A stretch of DNA of 64,000 nt from Oikopleura dioica (lineage: Eukaryota; Animalia; Chordata), in NCBI GenBank assembly GCA_907165135.1, contig OU015566.1, positions 6,014,001 to 6,078,000 on the forward strand, given 5' to 3'. Made by a program: the position numbers and the translations under genes. The notes beneath the pieces were generated by a model, which was not told where the DNA came from, did not search any database, and saw nothing but the letters and a program-made list of their open reading frames with translations. Of this stretch, positions 36,343 to 49,878 are shown one piece after another (within the stretch, counting starts at the first letter, position 1; the number at the start of each line of letters is the position of its first letter).

Positions 36343-38054
36343 ATCGAAGATTCTCTATTTAAACGATCATCGATCAAGTTCCGCTTTTAAAGCTTTTGCC
36401 ACGTTTGGTGGTGAATCGTATTTGACATGAAAGATTTCATAGCATCTTTCCCACAAAAAGTAAGCATTGAATCTGAGATTTAGCGATGCGCTTACACTTG
36501 ACAGCTAAAACAGGAGAAAGACCGAGCTTTTTGTGGAGAAACGCAGCAGAGTTCGCTAGGAAAAAATAAATAAGTTTTAGAAATTAGATCAGAGAAATTA
36601 ATTCGCAAAAATTTAAAGTATCAATTTCGCTCGAAAAGACTTGTCAAGCCGTAATTCTTTTAAGAAATAATTAGCAAGCTGCAAAAGTTAGATAAGAAAT
36701 ATTTATCAGAAAAAAAAACATTGTCAAAATATTTTTGTCAATTTTTATTTCTTATTGAAGTTGTCAGGATTGATAGTGAAGGTTCTGTTCTGATCATCAT
36801 TGTACTTTGACAAAGACGATTTTGGAAAATCTTCTCTGGATGAGGAAAGACAAATTGGTCGAATTCTTCCCTTCTCTTTCTTAGTATTCTGTTTGGTATT
36901 TGTTGAATTCATTTTATTCCTTGGGTCTCTGGTATCGAAGGAATCCTCATACTCGTTAAAATCAGTATCATTGAAAGTTTCTTCTTCTTCAGAATAATCT
37001 ATTCTTTAAAGTGTACTCCTAGAACTTAACCTGAGTCTGAAGCTAAAAAAATCGCATGAGCATGGCGGTTTTTCTTGCGCTCTCGTCCTTTATCCACCTT
37101 CTTGCTGCTCTGCCGAATAGCTTTGTCCCAGTACTTATTCCCCCAATGAGCCGGACGTCTCTTAGTCAAATCTTCAATAGAAGAAAAAAAAATAACGTTT
37201 ACATCACCAGTTGGTCCCTGAAGTTCATTCTTGATATTTTCAAGTTGATAAAAATCAGTCACATCGTAACTGTTTTTTGGTTTTTGTTTTTTTGGTTTAG
37301 ACTGCTACCAAAAATATATAATAAAAACCATTCCTATCGTACTTCGGATTATTCATTCTTCCCCGCTCACGATCATTATCTCGTCCAGGAAAGCGTTTTC
37401 TCTGCATTTTTGTGGTTCTTCACTGAAGGGTCTTCTGTCTAAAAAGGTGTTTGAATAATATTTCCTGATTCACAAGCGTATTTACTCAAGCGTAGTTGCC
37501 GTTTACCCAAGTCGTTGAGGATAAAGTAGGATCCTTTTTTACTATCAGATTTTGTGAGGACAAAAATAGTTTCGGCCTATAAGATAGCCTCAAGGGGGCA
37601 GTAAAAGGGGATATGTCTATTGCTATATTATAAATAACATAATTATGGGTGGATGAAAATCCCGTTTGTTTTCGTAAGATCTATAGCAGTATTTGACTTC
37701 TCAGCAGTTAAATGATGAACTCTTATGGCGTAGAATAATTCAAATGATCAAATGATCTGCGCAAAATTAAGACAGCCGATCATAGAAGTCCCTCGCAATC
37801 ATTGAAATTTTAATCGAGGCCCAGTTAAACGAACATGCTAAATATTCAATCAAACCGATGGCGCAAGCTCACTTCCTCTCAAATCCCAAGGGATAAGGTT
37901 TGTGGAACTCTTTTCAATCAAAATGATTTCTTGAGCGAAGTCCCTTTTGACATGATTCTAAAAACTTGTCCTTTGAAGAGTCAAAAATAAGCGTTTTTTT
38001 CGGAGAAATTCAATTAGAGATAGAGGCTTTTAGAGAAGAAAGAAACTTGCCTAA

Positions 38055-40683
38055 ATGAAGGATGCTTTGTTGGCACTTGGAGCCAGAGCTATGTTCTTAG
38101 GTAAAAATACTCAATCCGTTCCGCCTTTAAAAATTCTAGCGCATGGACTCCTCGCTGTCTGGAAATGCCAGCATCGTTACAAAACCACTTTCATGTTCAT
38201 TCTTCTTGCTCCCGTCTTAACCCTCTTCGGCGAGGCGCTTTTCACGATCGCCATTCGCGGCGGCCAAGAATACCGATTCATCTCTCCTTGCATTGCTTTG
38301 TATCTCGGCTCTGTCGTCCCAGCGATCTGGTTTCTCGAGCTGAAATCGTACGAAGAAAGACTAGACCGGCACCTGTGCCAAGACACGAGAGCCTGGCTCA
38401 AGCTATCGAACGAGTCTTCAAATGCCGGCTGCGAGTTTCGATTTGCGCCAGAAGTCCGATACGATTTCGCCATTGAAAACACCTTGAAACTGTACCAAGA
38501 AGAATACGACAAATACGTCAACTCTCTGCTTTCCGGAAAAGAAAACAACAATACCGCTGGCCAGGTTGGATTGCTGGGCGAAGACAAAATGAGGGAATAC
38601 ATAAGCGACTTGGTCGACGAGGACTGTGCTTTTCCGGAAATGCTTACGGAGATAAACCCTGTCACTGGGCAAACTATGTGGCAAAAACAAGGAGAATGCA
38701 TCACCAATAATTCCTACAGTGACCAATGTGAGTTGAGAATTCAGAGTTCAGAAACCCTAACCCTAACCCAAACTCTAAGTGGGGAGGTGTCAGGAACCGA
38801 CAAAAAATTTCGACAAATTTTCAGCCAATAAGAAGCTGGCATTCGGCTAACCAGCCAATTAGCAGCCGAGAAGCCGCCCACGCAAAATTTGTCGAGACTT
38901 TTTGTCGATTCGTGACACCATCCCCTCTAACCCTAACCCTAACCAAGAATTTTTGAAAAAATAGTACCCTAACCCTAACTCTAACCCTAACAATAACCTT
39001 AACACGGAATCATTTCAGCGCTGAAAAGTACATTTCAATGGCAGAAAAAAGTACTGGAGCGAGCCTGTAGGCTTCAATACGCCTGTGAATACAACACAAC
39101 AGCCGAATGTTTCTCAGAAAACGAAGTCGTTAAAAGAAAGATGAAATTGGAAAGGCAGAACAAAGGAAAAACAAACACTGGCGACGACTTCGAAGTGAAT
39201 GATGAAACAGCGAAAATGGCAGAAGAGCAGGCAAACCTGATTTCTGATAATTTGGACAAATGGGTCTGCTTTCCTTTAATTTCATTGAAATTTAAAAGTA
39301 ACTACTAGATCAACCGAAACATTCCGATTTTCAACTCCGATGATGCCTGGATCAACATCCTCCATCAGCTCATTTTGTTCATCATCATCATCGGTCGCTG
39401 GATGTTGCCAAAGGCCAAGGGCGTAACGCGCGATCAGCTCTCGCAGATTCTTTTGATTTTTATTGGCGTCGGTGCGGACATTCTCGAGTTTGTCACCGAA
39501 ACCATCAAGGTGTGAATCATCTGTCTGGACTGTGTATTTATTTTCCTAGGAAATGGAAGTGCGATGCGAAGTGAGCGTCATTTTGATCATGTTGGGGCTT
39601 TGGTCCTGGTCTTTGGTACAGTTCATTCTCGTCGTTACAGGGACAACAAAAGCAAGGACGAAAATGACGGAGATTTATGGTTCGCAGGGTGGCAGTCCCG
39701 TTATGGTAAGACACGAGGGTTTCGTTGATTCGAGCCTTTTTTATTGGAAAATTAGGTGATCGAAGAAGAAGTGGAAATGACCGCGTGGGAATCTTTCTGG
39801 TCCAACCCAGAAGTGTGGAGTATTCTGACCACAGTTGTTCTCCAGGTTCGCCAAACACTTTTCAATTTGAAATGAGTTTTTGATAATTTATCAGGATGGG
39901 CCCTTTCTCTCAATGAGAATGTACATTATCTTTGGAAGGAATGTCGTGCATCCGACGATCTTGTTTTTCACCATCAAAAATGGACTCGTGTTGATGCTGG
40001 AAACTTATCGGTACTTTCTCTTCGTTGATTTCATTATCTTACTTTTCTCTACTCTCAAGATTGGCCGTCATCGCCACGACAAAGGAAGGCGAGGGCGAAG
40101 AAGGAGAAGAAGAGGAAGACGAGGACATCCTCGAAGATGATGATATGCCGCTACAAAAAGCACCCAAAAAGTCGAAAAAATCAGACGTGAGAAAATTTTG
40201 TTCTGACATCGAAAAGAGCTTTTTCAGGTAAATACGGTCGCTGAAAAAGTTCCTGCTCCCGAGAAGAAAAAGAAGAAGAAAAAAGTAAGTAGCGCTTCAA
40301 GCAAAAATTAAATATTTTTCTCAAAAATATTAACAAATTTTTCACTTTCTTTTAAAATTTCTACCGTTTTTTAGTAATTTTTTCAACCAAATCAATCAAT
40401 CTTTTCCTGTATCTTGGTAAATCAGTGTTGTCTCTCCTCGTATATTCTCTTTTACTTGTCACGTGACTCGCGAATATTTGCAGAAGTTCGCCACTGATTG
40501 CTGCGTCTTTTGCTCGTTTCTGCGAAATCTAAACTGGCTGAACCTTACTTCTTTTTATAGAAAAAAGTTGAACCCGAACCCGAACCACCCGCAGCCGCTC
40601 TAGAATCTGAACCCCCAAAGAAGCCCAAGAAGAAGAAGAAAAAGAAGAAAAAACCACCAGTAGATGATGAATTATGCCTGTAA
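38055..40683 (+). CDS. TMEM26: TMEM26-like membrane protein with enlarged extracellular loop and acidic/Lys-rich tail
   Basis: ALGARAMFL/AHGLLAVW, SPCIALYLGSVVPAIWFLEL, LHQLILF...GRWMLP, TRDQLSQILLIFIGVGADILEF, QDGPFLSMR match recalled TMEM26 motifs. Confidence 0.88.
38781..38925. mobile_element. MITE with ~40-bp TIRs embedded in (CCCTAA)n tracts in a TMEM26 intron
   Basis: gggaggtgtcaggaaccgacaaaaaatttcgacaaattt / aaatttgtcgagactttttgtcgattcgtgacaccatccc; telomere-like repeats at 38754-38778 and 38926-39003. Confidence 0.8.
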
Positions 40684-41781
40684 AAACGAACTAGACACTG
40701 CCAAACCTGCTTGTACCACTAGCTAGAGCCACCTTTGCCTTCATTCGGGTCGAAAAATAAAGAATAAAAACGAGAAATAAGTCTGCTAATATTTTTATTG
40801 AAAGAGTTATGTACAGAACAGGTGGAATTGAATTTAACTTTTGTCCACTACAGAATATTATTTTGAGAGTTTTTGAAAGATTTCACCGGAGCTATTGAGG
40901 AAAGATTCTTTTTTTAGATATTTTTTTAATAGAACCAAGCTCGAAATCAGGAAAAAATACTTTTCAAGGGAATTACTCAAATGACAGAAAATCGCTGCTT
41001 GTCAAAAATTATGAGCAATTCTGAAAGTATTTTTAAATGAAAATTTCGAAACTCGGAGAAAAATATTAACGCAGAAGTAATTGGCGTGAAGAATTGCCTC
41101 GGTGAAGAGAAAGTTCAAGCGTTCCAGCTCAATTTTGATTGACTGCAAATTATTGTGCCTCGATCAAAATAGCTGTCGCTGGTTGTTTTTGAAAAGGGAA
41201 TTTTCGTAGTACAGAATTGATGAATGCATAATCTAACGCGCTAAAAATGACTGAACGGATTTCTACTAATAAGGAGAAAATAGTAGAATAGGAAAGATAG
41301 AAGAGCGCAAGCGACGAAGTGTTTCTGGATATTCTGGCGAAGAAAAAAAACAGTACAATTTATGTACAAGGCCGAGTTCTATTCACCGGGCGCAGATTGG
41401 CGACCGAGATGACCCTCTAACGGGAGGATGGTAAGTTGGGGATAGCGCCGAAGAGAGCCAATTCGAGTCCCCAAATCTGCAAGGCGAAAAGAACCGGCAG
41501 CAATATCATATAAAAAAAGATATGGCAAGTTATATATTTTTATGAATAAAGTAATAGGCTAAATAAGGCGTAAATTAATGAAAAAATTGGCCATTTTCAA
41601 AAGTTAGATTGAAATGACTGACGTGCAAATAAAAAGTGCCAGGAGTTGATTCTCATCACCTAGGCAGTAAGTGGGGGGTCGTAAATATTTTTACTGTAAA
41701 GTTCGTAGGGGCAGTCCGTGTGTCTTGATCGTTATCCGTGCTAGGGTTCCAATTGTTCCAAAAAGAAGATCAGTTTTTCGC

Positions 41782-44700
41782 TTAGGCGAAGCAGACGGAG
41801 CCAACTTCGAGGCCGAACTGCTTGTTGTCAGTGCCAATATCGTAAGGAGCAACATCCTGAAAAGAGTTTTAGAAATTTTCAATTAAAATTTAGGAATCAT
41901 CTATTCAGTAGTTCTGGTCACTTACGACAACTGGGAGTCGAGCAGTCTTGGTGGTTGCTACTTCAATGATGGTCTGATCCCAGCTGCCTGAGCTGTTAGC
42001 ACATCCATCCTCGAGGACGTTGTACTGTTCAGCTCCTTCGGCAGTGAATTCAACACCATTGGCGCCGAGGATCTTGAGTGCTTCAGTGTAAGCGCCGGTG
42101 GCACCGTTCTGGACAGCGACGGAGTTCTTGCAGTTGTAGGTGATTTGCTAAAAGAAAGGTTTGTGGAAATCATTGTCTTTAGAAAATTACCTGTCGGGCC
42201 TTGGAAGCCAGGAGTCGGAGGAAGGTGATCTGGCTTTCGTAGTTGACACCAGCGATGGCATCAGTTGGCTCGTAGCTGATCTGGGAGCCGCCAGCCATGT
42301 TGGCCATGTAGGTGTGAGCTGGGTTGGCGGTGATGTGAGTTCGACCATCAACAACGGCGTTGTTGGGAGCGACGCAAGTCCAGGTCTCAGCGGCAGAGAA
42401 GTCGCAGTAGACCTCGATGGCGTCCTTGTCGCAGCCAGAGTTGGGATCGATCCAGTATTTGCCAGAGACGGATTGCTCACCAGCGGCCTTGTTTGCAAGA
42501 GCAAGATCTTGGCAAGATCGGACTGGGTTCTTCTTGGTACCGGCGGGTCGCTTCATCGATCGGATGGAGTTCTCGAGCTGTCGGAGAGCAAGTTCTTGGT
42601 CGCCCATCTGTCCGAAAGCTTCATCAGCCATGGCGGGATCCATGGATGGACCCTTCTGGCCACCAGCGGGAGCGAACATCATTGATGGAGCTGGGCCGGG
42701 AGGACCAGGAGGACCGGGGGGACCAGGTCGACCAGCTGGGCCGGGCATACCGTCGTCACCTCGTTCACCTCGCTTTCCGTCCATACCAGGTCGACCATCG
42801 TTACCGTCCTTGCCAGGTGGACCAGTTGGACCTCGTGGACCGACATCACCTCGGGAACCAGTTGGACCTTGTTGACCCTGAGGACCGGCTTCACCAGTCT
42901 TACCAGTTGGTCCAGGTGGACCAGTCAAACCAGTGCGTCCAGGATGACCCTTGAGACCTTGGAGACCTTGTTCACCCTTCTTGCCAATTGGGCCTTGAAG
43001 ACCTTGTGGACCAGGAGAACCTCGAGCACCTTCGTTTCCGGGAGGACCTTGGATACCGATGTTACCCTGAGGACCTTCGGGACCCTTCTTTCCTTGAGGA
43101 CCGGGAGGACCAGATGGACCAGTGTTTCCTTGAAGACCTTGAGGACCGTTGGGACCAGGGCTTCCACGTTCACCCTTCGCGCCAGTCTTGCCAGTAGCAC
43201 CAGGGTTACCGGGCTGACCCATGGGACCAGCTGGACCAGTGTCACCAACGTTACCGACTTGACCAGGGAGACCAGGAGGACCTTGTGGACCAGCTGGACC
43301 TTCTTTACCAGGAGCACCAATCTTTCCGGGTTCACCTTGTTGTCCATCGTTACCCTTGTGTCCCTTGACACCAGCTGGGCCAGGAAGACCAGTAGCACCA
43401 GGATTACCAGCGAGGCCAGATGGACCTGGAGGACCAGGTTCACCAGTCTGACCGTCCTGTCCAGGAGGACCGGGCTCGCCATTTTGTCCAGGAGCACCAA
43501 TATCACCAGTAAGACCTTGCTGACCAGGTGGACCGGGTTCACCTCGTTGACCGTTAGGTCCAGCAGCACCATCTTGACCGGGAGGACCTTGTTGACCAGG
43601 GTTTCCAGAGGATCCAGGAGGACCAGGTCGGCCGGGAGATCCAGGGAAGCCAGATGGACCTGGGGGACCCTTGTGACCTCGAGCACCCTTGTTACCAGCA
43701 ACACCGTTGGGACCGGGAGGACCTGGTTGACCTTGAGGACCCATTTGTCCGACGGATCCGGTAGCACCCTTCACACCAGGAGCGCCAGAGTCACCCTTCT
43801 TTCCTTGGTTACCTTGGATACCAGGGGCACCAATCTGTCCAGGAGGACCGGGAGGTCCAGTGTCACCTCGATCACCAGCTGCGCCAGGAGCACCTTCGGG
43901 ACCAGTGGGGCCAGCAGCACCGGGAGGACCTTGTTCACCTTGTGGTCCTTGAGAGCCAGGGGGACCTCGTTGACCAGGGTTACCAGCAATACCTTGAGCA
44001 CCCTTTGGACCTTCGTTACCAGGGCTACCAGTGTCACCACGCTCGCCAGGAGGACCTTGGTTACCGGCGGGACCTTTGTCACCAGCTGGACCTTGGATAC
44101 CTTGTGGACCAGATGGACCAGGAGCACCTCGGTCACCCTGAGGACCCTTCTTTCCATCGTCACCAGGAATACCAGCAACACCACGTGGACCAGCCTTGCC
44201 GACAAGACCTTGTGGACCTCGCTCACCAGGATGTCCTCGATCACCTCGAGCACCAGGAGCACCAGGGGCACCAACATCACCAGGAGCGCCAGCTTCACCG
44301 GGCTTTCCAGGATCACCTTGAGCGCCAGGAGGACCGTTGTTACCTTGAAGACCAGTGGCACCTTGAGGACCTTCTTCACCTCGTTCTCCGGGAACACCTG
44401 GAGGACCTCGGACACCTTGTGGACCAGGAGCACCTTCTTTGCCAGTGACACCCATTGGGCCAGGCTCTCCATTAGCACCCTTGAGACCGGGCTTACCATC
44501 TTCACCAGCCATACCCTTCTCACCAGGAAGACCCATTTGACCCATCTGACCAATTGGACCAGCGGGACCGATTGGACCAGGTCGTCCGTCGAGACCAGTT
44601 GGACCTGGTGGACCGGGCTTGCCGCTTGGGCCCATCTTTCCAGGTCGGCCAGAGATACCTCGCTGTCCAGGAGTACCAGTGGGACCGGGTTGGCCTTGCT

Positions 44701-46466
44701 CACCGATCTTGCCAGGAAGACCTCGTTCACCAGCGACACCACGAGCACCAGTGTTACCCTTGATACCAGGGTTACCCATCTTACCAGGGAAACCTCGGGA
44801 ACCTTGTTGACCACGTTCTCCAGCGGGACCTTGAGGACCAACGGGACCAGGTTCGCCAGTTTCACCTCGCTTGCCTCGTTCTCCAGCTGGACCAGGCATA
44901 CCCATCATACCTTGCTCGCCAGAAGATCCCTTGGGACCTTGGTCACCCTTCATACCAGTAGAGCCGGGGAAACCTTGGTTACCCTTGACACCGGGAACAC
45001 CCATGTTTCCTTGAGGACCGGGAGGACCTCGTGGACCAGGAAGACCAGTAGAGCCGACGGGACCAGCGTTACCAGTGGAACCTTTGGCGCCGGGGACACC
45101 ATCGATACCAGGGTTACCGGGAATACCAGCAGCACCGGGAGGACCAGTTTTACCATTTTCACCTCGTGGACCCTGAGGACCTTGAGAACCTTTGTCACCA
45201 TATGGTCCAGGCTCACCCTTAGCACCAGTAGCACCGTTGAAACCAGCGGGACCCTTGTTTCCTTGAGGGCCGGGAGGACCAGCTCGTCCGGGAGTACCAT
45301 CGTTACCCTTGGGACCAGCTTCACCTTGGAGACCAGTCATACCACGCGGACCTTGTTGTCCAGGAGGACCAGCAATGCCGGGTGGACCAGTGTCACCAGC
45401 GGGGCCAGGAGCACCAACATCACCGTTTCGTCCGGGAATACCGTCCTTTCCATCCTGACCGGGGTGACCAGTGTGACCTTTGGCACCGGGCATACCAGGA
45501 GTTCCAGGGAATCCACGAGCACCTTGACCGCCAGGGACACCCATTTGACCTTGTTTACCAGGAGGTCCAGTAGCACCATCTCGTCCGTTCTGTCCGGGCA
45601 TACCAGTTTTGCCAGGTGGTCCGGGAGGTCCTTGAGCACCAGCATCACCAGGTTGACCAGCTGGGCCAGGGTTTCCTTGAGCGCCTTGAATACCAACAGG
45701 GCCGGGAGGACCTCGAGGTCCCATCTGTCCGGGTGGTCCGACGATTGGGGTGACTGGGCCTTTTGGTCCAGCGCCCATCATGTCTTCGCCGCCAGGTCCG
45801 GGTGGGCCGGGAAGACCAGGAGGACCAGGTCGACCAGGGTTTCCATCTCGTCCTGGATCGCCAGGGGGTCCAGCGGGGCCATCATTTCCAGGGGGGGCCA
45901 GCTGGTCCAGGGGGTCCTGGAATTGCGGGCATTATTTCAGAGTCTTCGGGAGCATAGCCAAAGGCCGGGTTTACTAAAGTTCCGTTTCGGGCCGAGATTT
46001 ACATGCACATGCGAAATTTAGTCTGTTAACACGCGCAAAAATGAAAATTAGTTTTTGTTAATTTCTATTTCTAAAATGAAACACTCTTGAAATCAACGAA
46101 GAATTTCAAAAAAGGAAAATGATCGCTGTAGTACATACACGGATCTTTGCATTTTGGGCAGCATTCATGCTCGGGTGTAAATTGTTGCTCAGGGGGACAG
46201 TTCAGTGGCGTGCAGTTTAGTTTAGAGCAGTCGACGCGTCCGTCCCGGCAAATACACACTGTGCATTTGTCGGTTTTGAAAACGTCGCCGTCGACTCTCA
46301 ATTCTCCGTTGTAAACGCAGTCTATTTTGAATTAGATTAAGTTATTTTTTAGCTCGGCCCGAGGCGGTGCCTAAATGGGAGAGAAGGGGAAGTAAATTCT
46401 AGACTTACCGCTTTGCGCATTGGCCAGCCCGAGGGCGAGTATTCCTATAAATGTCCTCCAATCCAT
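41782..46466 (-). CDS. Clade A fibrillar collagen alpha chain; exons 46409-46466, 46139-46321, 42191-45973, 41926-42147, 41782-41856; +1 frameshift in G7 at 45891-45897
   Basis: Signal [18 protein letters not shown]; vWC N-propeptide (DCVYNG...[13 protein letters not shown]...CCPKC); minor helix; ~1,017-residue Gly-X-Y; COLFI C-propeptide ending [10 protein letters not shown]. Confidence 0.97.
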
Positions 46467-47700
46467 GATCTCAGTCGGCTACAAAAAACGCATCGTTAGA
46501 AGAAGCTCTCAAGGGGGTCGATCTCTGACTTACCTAAACACGCCTTACAGCATGTATTAGAGGCAGTGGGCTGGCACACTGTCCTTGACTAACCGACAGA
46601 TGAATCGAATGATCTCCAACCCTGCCTGAAGTAGTCCTTAAGGACAGGGGCTCACACGCGCCACCTCCGGACAAATATCCAAAGGCGTCAGAAATGTACA
46701 GTGTTAGTACTGTATTAGATCATTTATCACCTCGCCGACATGGTTCGGTTCACATCAAGCTTAGCTTAATATTTTTCTATCCTTAGATAAAGCGATTTTT
46801 AGCCTTCAACTAAATAACTGATCATCCTTTTTTCGAGATATGATTTGAAATTCTCAATTCTATAAAATTTTGACCTTCAAATAAACAAAAAAATTCTAAC
46901 ATCTAACAACTTTGAATGGTTTTCTCATATTGTGGAATTGTGAAGGGCGCTCAAATTTTGATGTCAAAGTTCGAAACTAACTATACATTTTAGTCCTATT
47001 TGTAAACTCGAGTTGACCAGGGTGGCACAGGCGCCAGGTCGGCGATCGTCATAAGGTTGTGAGAAGAAGGGATGTGAACAAATTGGTCTGATTGATGTCC
47101 AAAGATAGAAAACGACTCACCAAGATTCCAGAATACTTTATTTACAGCACCGTCCGGCAAGGTCAAGGTTTCCCAAACAACGACGGAACTTCAAGTTGGC
47201 GTCAAAAGGAACTCAGACTCGAACTTTCGACAAAGTTCTCATTTTGAATCCCTGTTCGGTTATTTCATGAATTATGAATTTCTGATGGATAAAATTTGAG
47301 CTTGAAAAGCCAATCTTGAAAAAACTCTCCTTTGAAAAAATTTAGGGGTCATTTTTCAGCACAGGTGATTTTGTTAATTGTGTTAGCGCGAAAATTTCCT
47401 AGGTGCTAAGTAATTAAAAGTCTCATTCCCAGCGACCCGCGAAAAGAAGAGGAAATAATCGTGGATTAGCGACGATACACTTTTTTCAAAGGTGAACTTT
47501 CGCGAATCAAACCAATCTGACGACGCTCGCCAAGGTCAAAGGGCGAGTAGATTTCGTTTTTATTAACGAATGTGTCAAATTTATCACTTTTCGACGCGGT
47601 AGGTGAAACATTGCTGACCAAACAGAAGACAGAAAAACTAACTTATCCTTTGATATATTTACGGAAAAAATAAGGCAAATTGCACAGTGGAAAAATCACT

Positions 47701-48886
47701 TTAGTCAGCTTTTACAGTTTGCTTTTTATCTTCGATTTGGGCAGTTCCGTCTTGGGAAACACCTTTTATCCCTTTGAAAACATAAGAATACAGTCCAGAG
47801 TGAAGCCAGCACAGAAAAAGCTAAATAACAAAATAGTAAAGAGAGTTGTGCTATTTTTTTAATCATGAACTTACGCAATAACCATTAGCGAAAATTCGAT
47901 AGTTGAAATTTTTGAAAGGGTCGAATTTGTGCGCGCAGAGCATGTGATTCAAGTTTGTCGAGAACAGAAGGGAAAATCCTTGAAGAACGATGCTGTGGTA
48001 CATTTGCAAGAAACTAAGGCCAAGCCAGGTCCAAGACCAGTCTTTTTCGATGCGGAAGACTCCGCCAAGGGGAGCAAGATAAGCAGGAATGATCCAAATC
48101 AGCATGTGCTAGAAGAACGTTCGGAGAAAGAAGGAAAGGTGTAGTATTACTTGGACCCAGTAGACCTCTCGCTGAAGTGGCAACAATCGCGAATCAGTGT
48201 CAGGCAAGATCATGGCTAGAAAAGCGCCAAAAACGACAGGAACATGGGCTTGGAAAAGTATGTGCATGGTTTTGCTCGGTTTTCCAGCGAGAAAGTACAA
48301 TTGCAGGGCGGTGAAAAGATGGCACGGATTCAGCAGAAAAATCAGCTAAAAAAGAGTTTTTCGGAATCGAGAATTATTCTTCAAACAAATGGTCTTTATT
48401 GCTGCCAAAATTTCATGGCACCATGCGCGTGACTGTTGACTCAAAATGGCAGTAGCTCACCTTTCCTTCGACGAGTTTAAATGCAATTTCCATCCCCCAA
48501 GTCATCGCCAAAATGAGCAGCATAATTTGCCGCCTGCTGCTCGACTCGATCTTCTTTGCGTTCAATTCTGACTCATTTTCCAAGTAGTACTTTCTTGCGC
48601 CCGCGTTATCAATGACTGAGAAAGTGTGAACTGGTCAACAGAATTAATCCAGTAAATATTTTTGCAACGCGTTCCTACAGCGTTCTTCAGCAAACTTGAA
48701 CTGAAGGTAGCTGAGTCCCGTGACGAGGAGCACTTCCCAAGCGCGAGTTTTGAGACTTGATTCTGAAGCGCATTCTGCCCCACCTTCTCGGTTTTCGTAG
48801 GACATATCTACCCCGCCATAGAATACCTGAAAAAGAAGCGTGAAGCTCATTTGGCTTGAGAATGAGAAAGATCTTGCCCTTTCCAT
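47701..48886 (-). CDS. TMEM164: TMEM164 (membrane acyltransferase family)
   Basis: FYGGVD...GGAEC, MEIAFK, LIFLLNPCH, PDTDSRLLP..EVYWVQ, NLNHMLC...DPF match recalled TMEM164 motifs. Confidence 0.9.
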
Positions 48887-49878
48887 TTCCGGAATCCGGG
48901 CGCTCGATTCTGTCTTCTTTGATTAATTGACTTTTGATTTAAAAAATAACGACTCTTAATTTTTGCTCTAGAAAAGGGACAAAATTAAAAAAAAAAAATT
49001 ATGAGTATTTATTTTGAAAATTAATAATTTAAGAAAATAATTGGTATTATCAATCATAAAGTTTATGAGCGGAAACGAGTTCTCAAATTGACACATTTTT
49101 TGATTATAAAAATTTAATATCAATAAATTTCATCTTTTTATTATTAGCGCTTACTTCAAAAATCCGGCCGTGGCGACGCTAGAATTCTCGCTCTCCATAA
49201 TTTTCTCCATTTTAATTTTCTGCCATAAATGTCTATCTACACCAAATTTCTAATTTTCTCAATGTAGCGAATAAAATTAAATAAGCAGCTCTTTTCCGCA
49301 GCGCTCTCTCTCTCTCTCGGTCCTATTTGCGCAGCGAGAGGAGTGTGTGCTTCGCACGGAAATGCAAACTAACGGACTTTCGTCATTTCTTCGATTTCCG
49401 AAAATTTATCCTTCTTATCCGCCTTCCAGATCTCAGATCTCTTTCTCCGCCCAAAAAGGGCTACAACTGAGGCGATAGCAATAATGGCTCTTTATGAATT
49501 GATCTGATGAATTGTCCGAAATTGCCTTGAACAATGAAAGTCATTGGATAGATGAATGTGCTGATTTATCGACTAGTTGGGAAAAGAGTCTGCCGGAAAT
49601 AATAACTGCCCGAATAAGCTCTTCTTGGACGGCCATTAAATTACAACTTGCCCTCTCTTTGCATCAATAAATAATATTTTTTATTGGAAAAAAGCATCCG
49701 TCAGCGGTTTTTGAGTTATAAATGCACGAGATCGTAGTTACAACATAAATTTTAAAGTCAAATTTTTGCATAAAAACCGAACCAAAACTATGACAAACAA
49801 TAAATAATAAAAACTAAAAGACTAATTCCTATCTCTGTTCTTTTATTAACGAATCCACGAAAGTAAAGAAGAGGACAG

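Noticed and set aside
35106-45897. Programmed frameshifting in host genes (collagen, CUB protein)
   Set aside because: The shifts are isolated homopolymer indels with no stimulatory structure and recur across unrelated genes; sequencing error is the simpler explanation.
42869-46021. 1,050-aa antisense ORF and other long overlapping ORFs over the collagen
   Set aside because: Expected by-product of Gly-Pro codon periodicity; low-complexity R/T/S/W translation with no domain.
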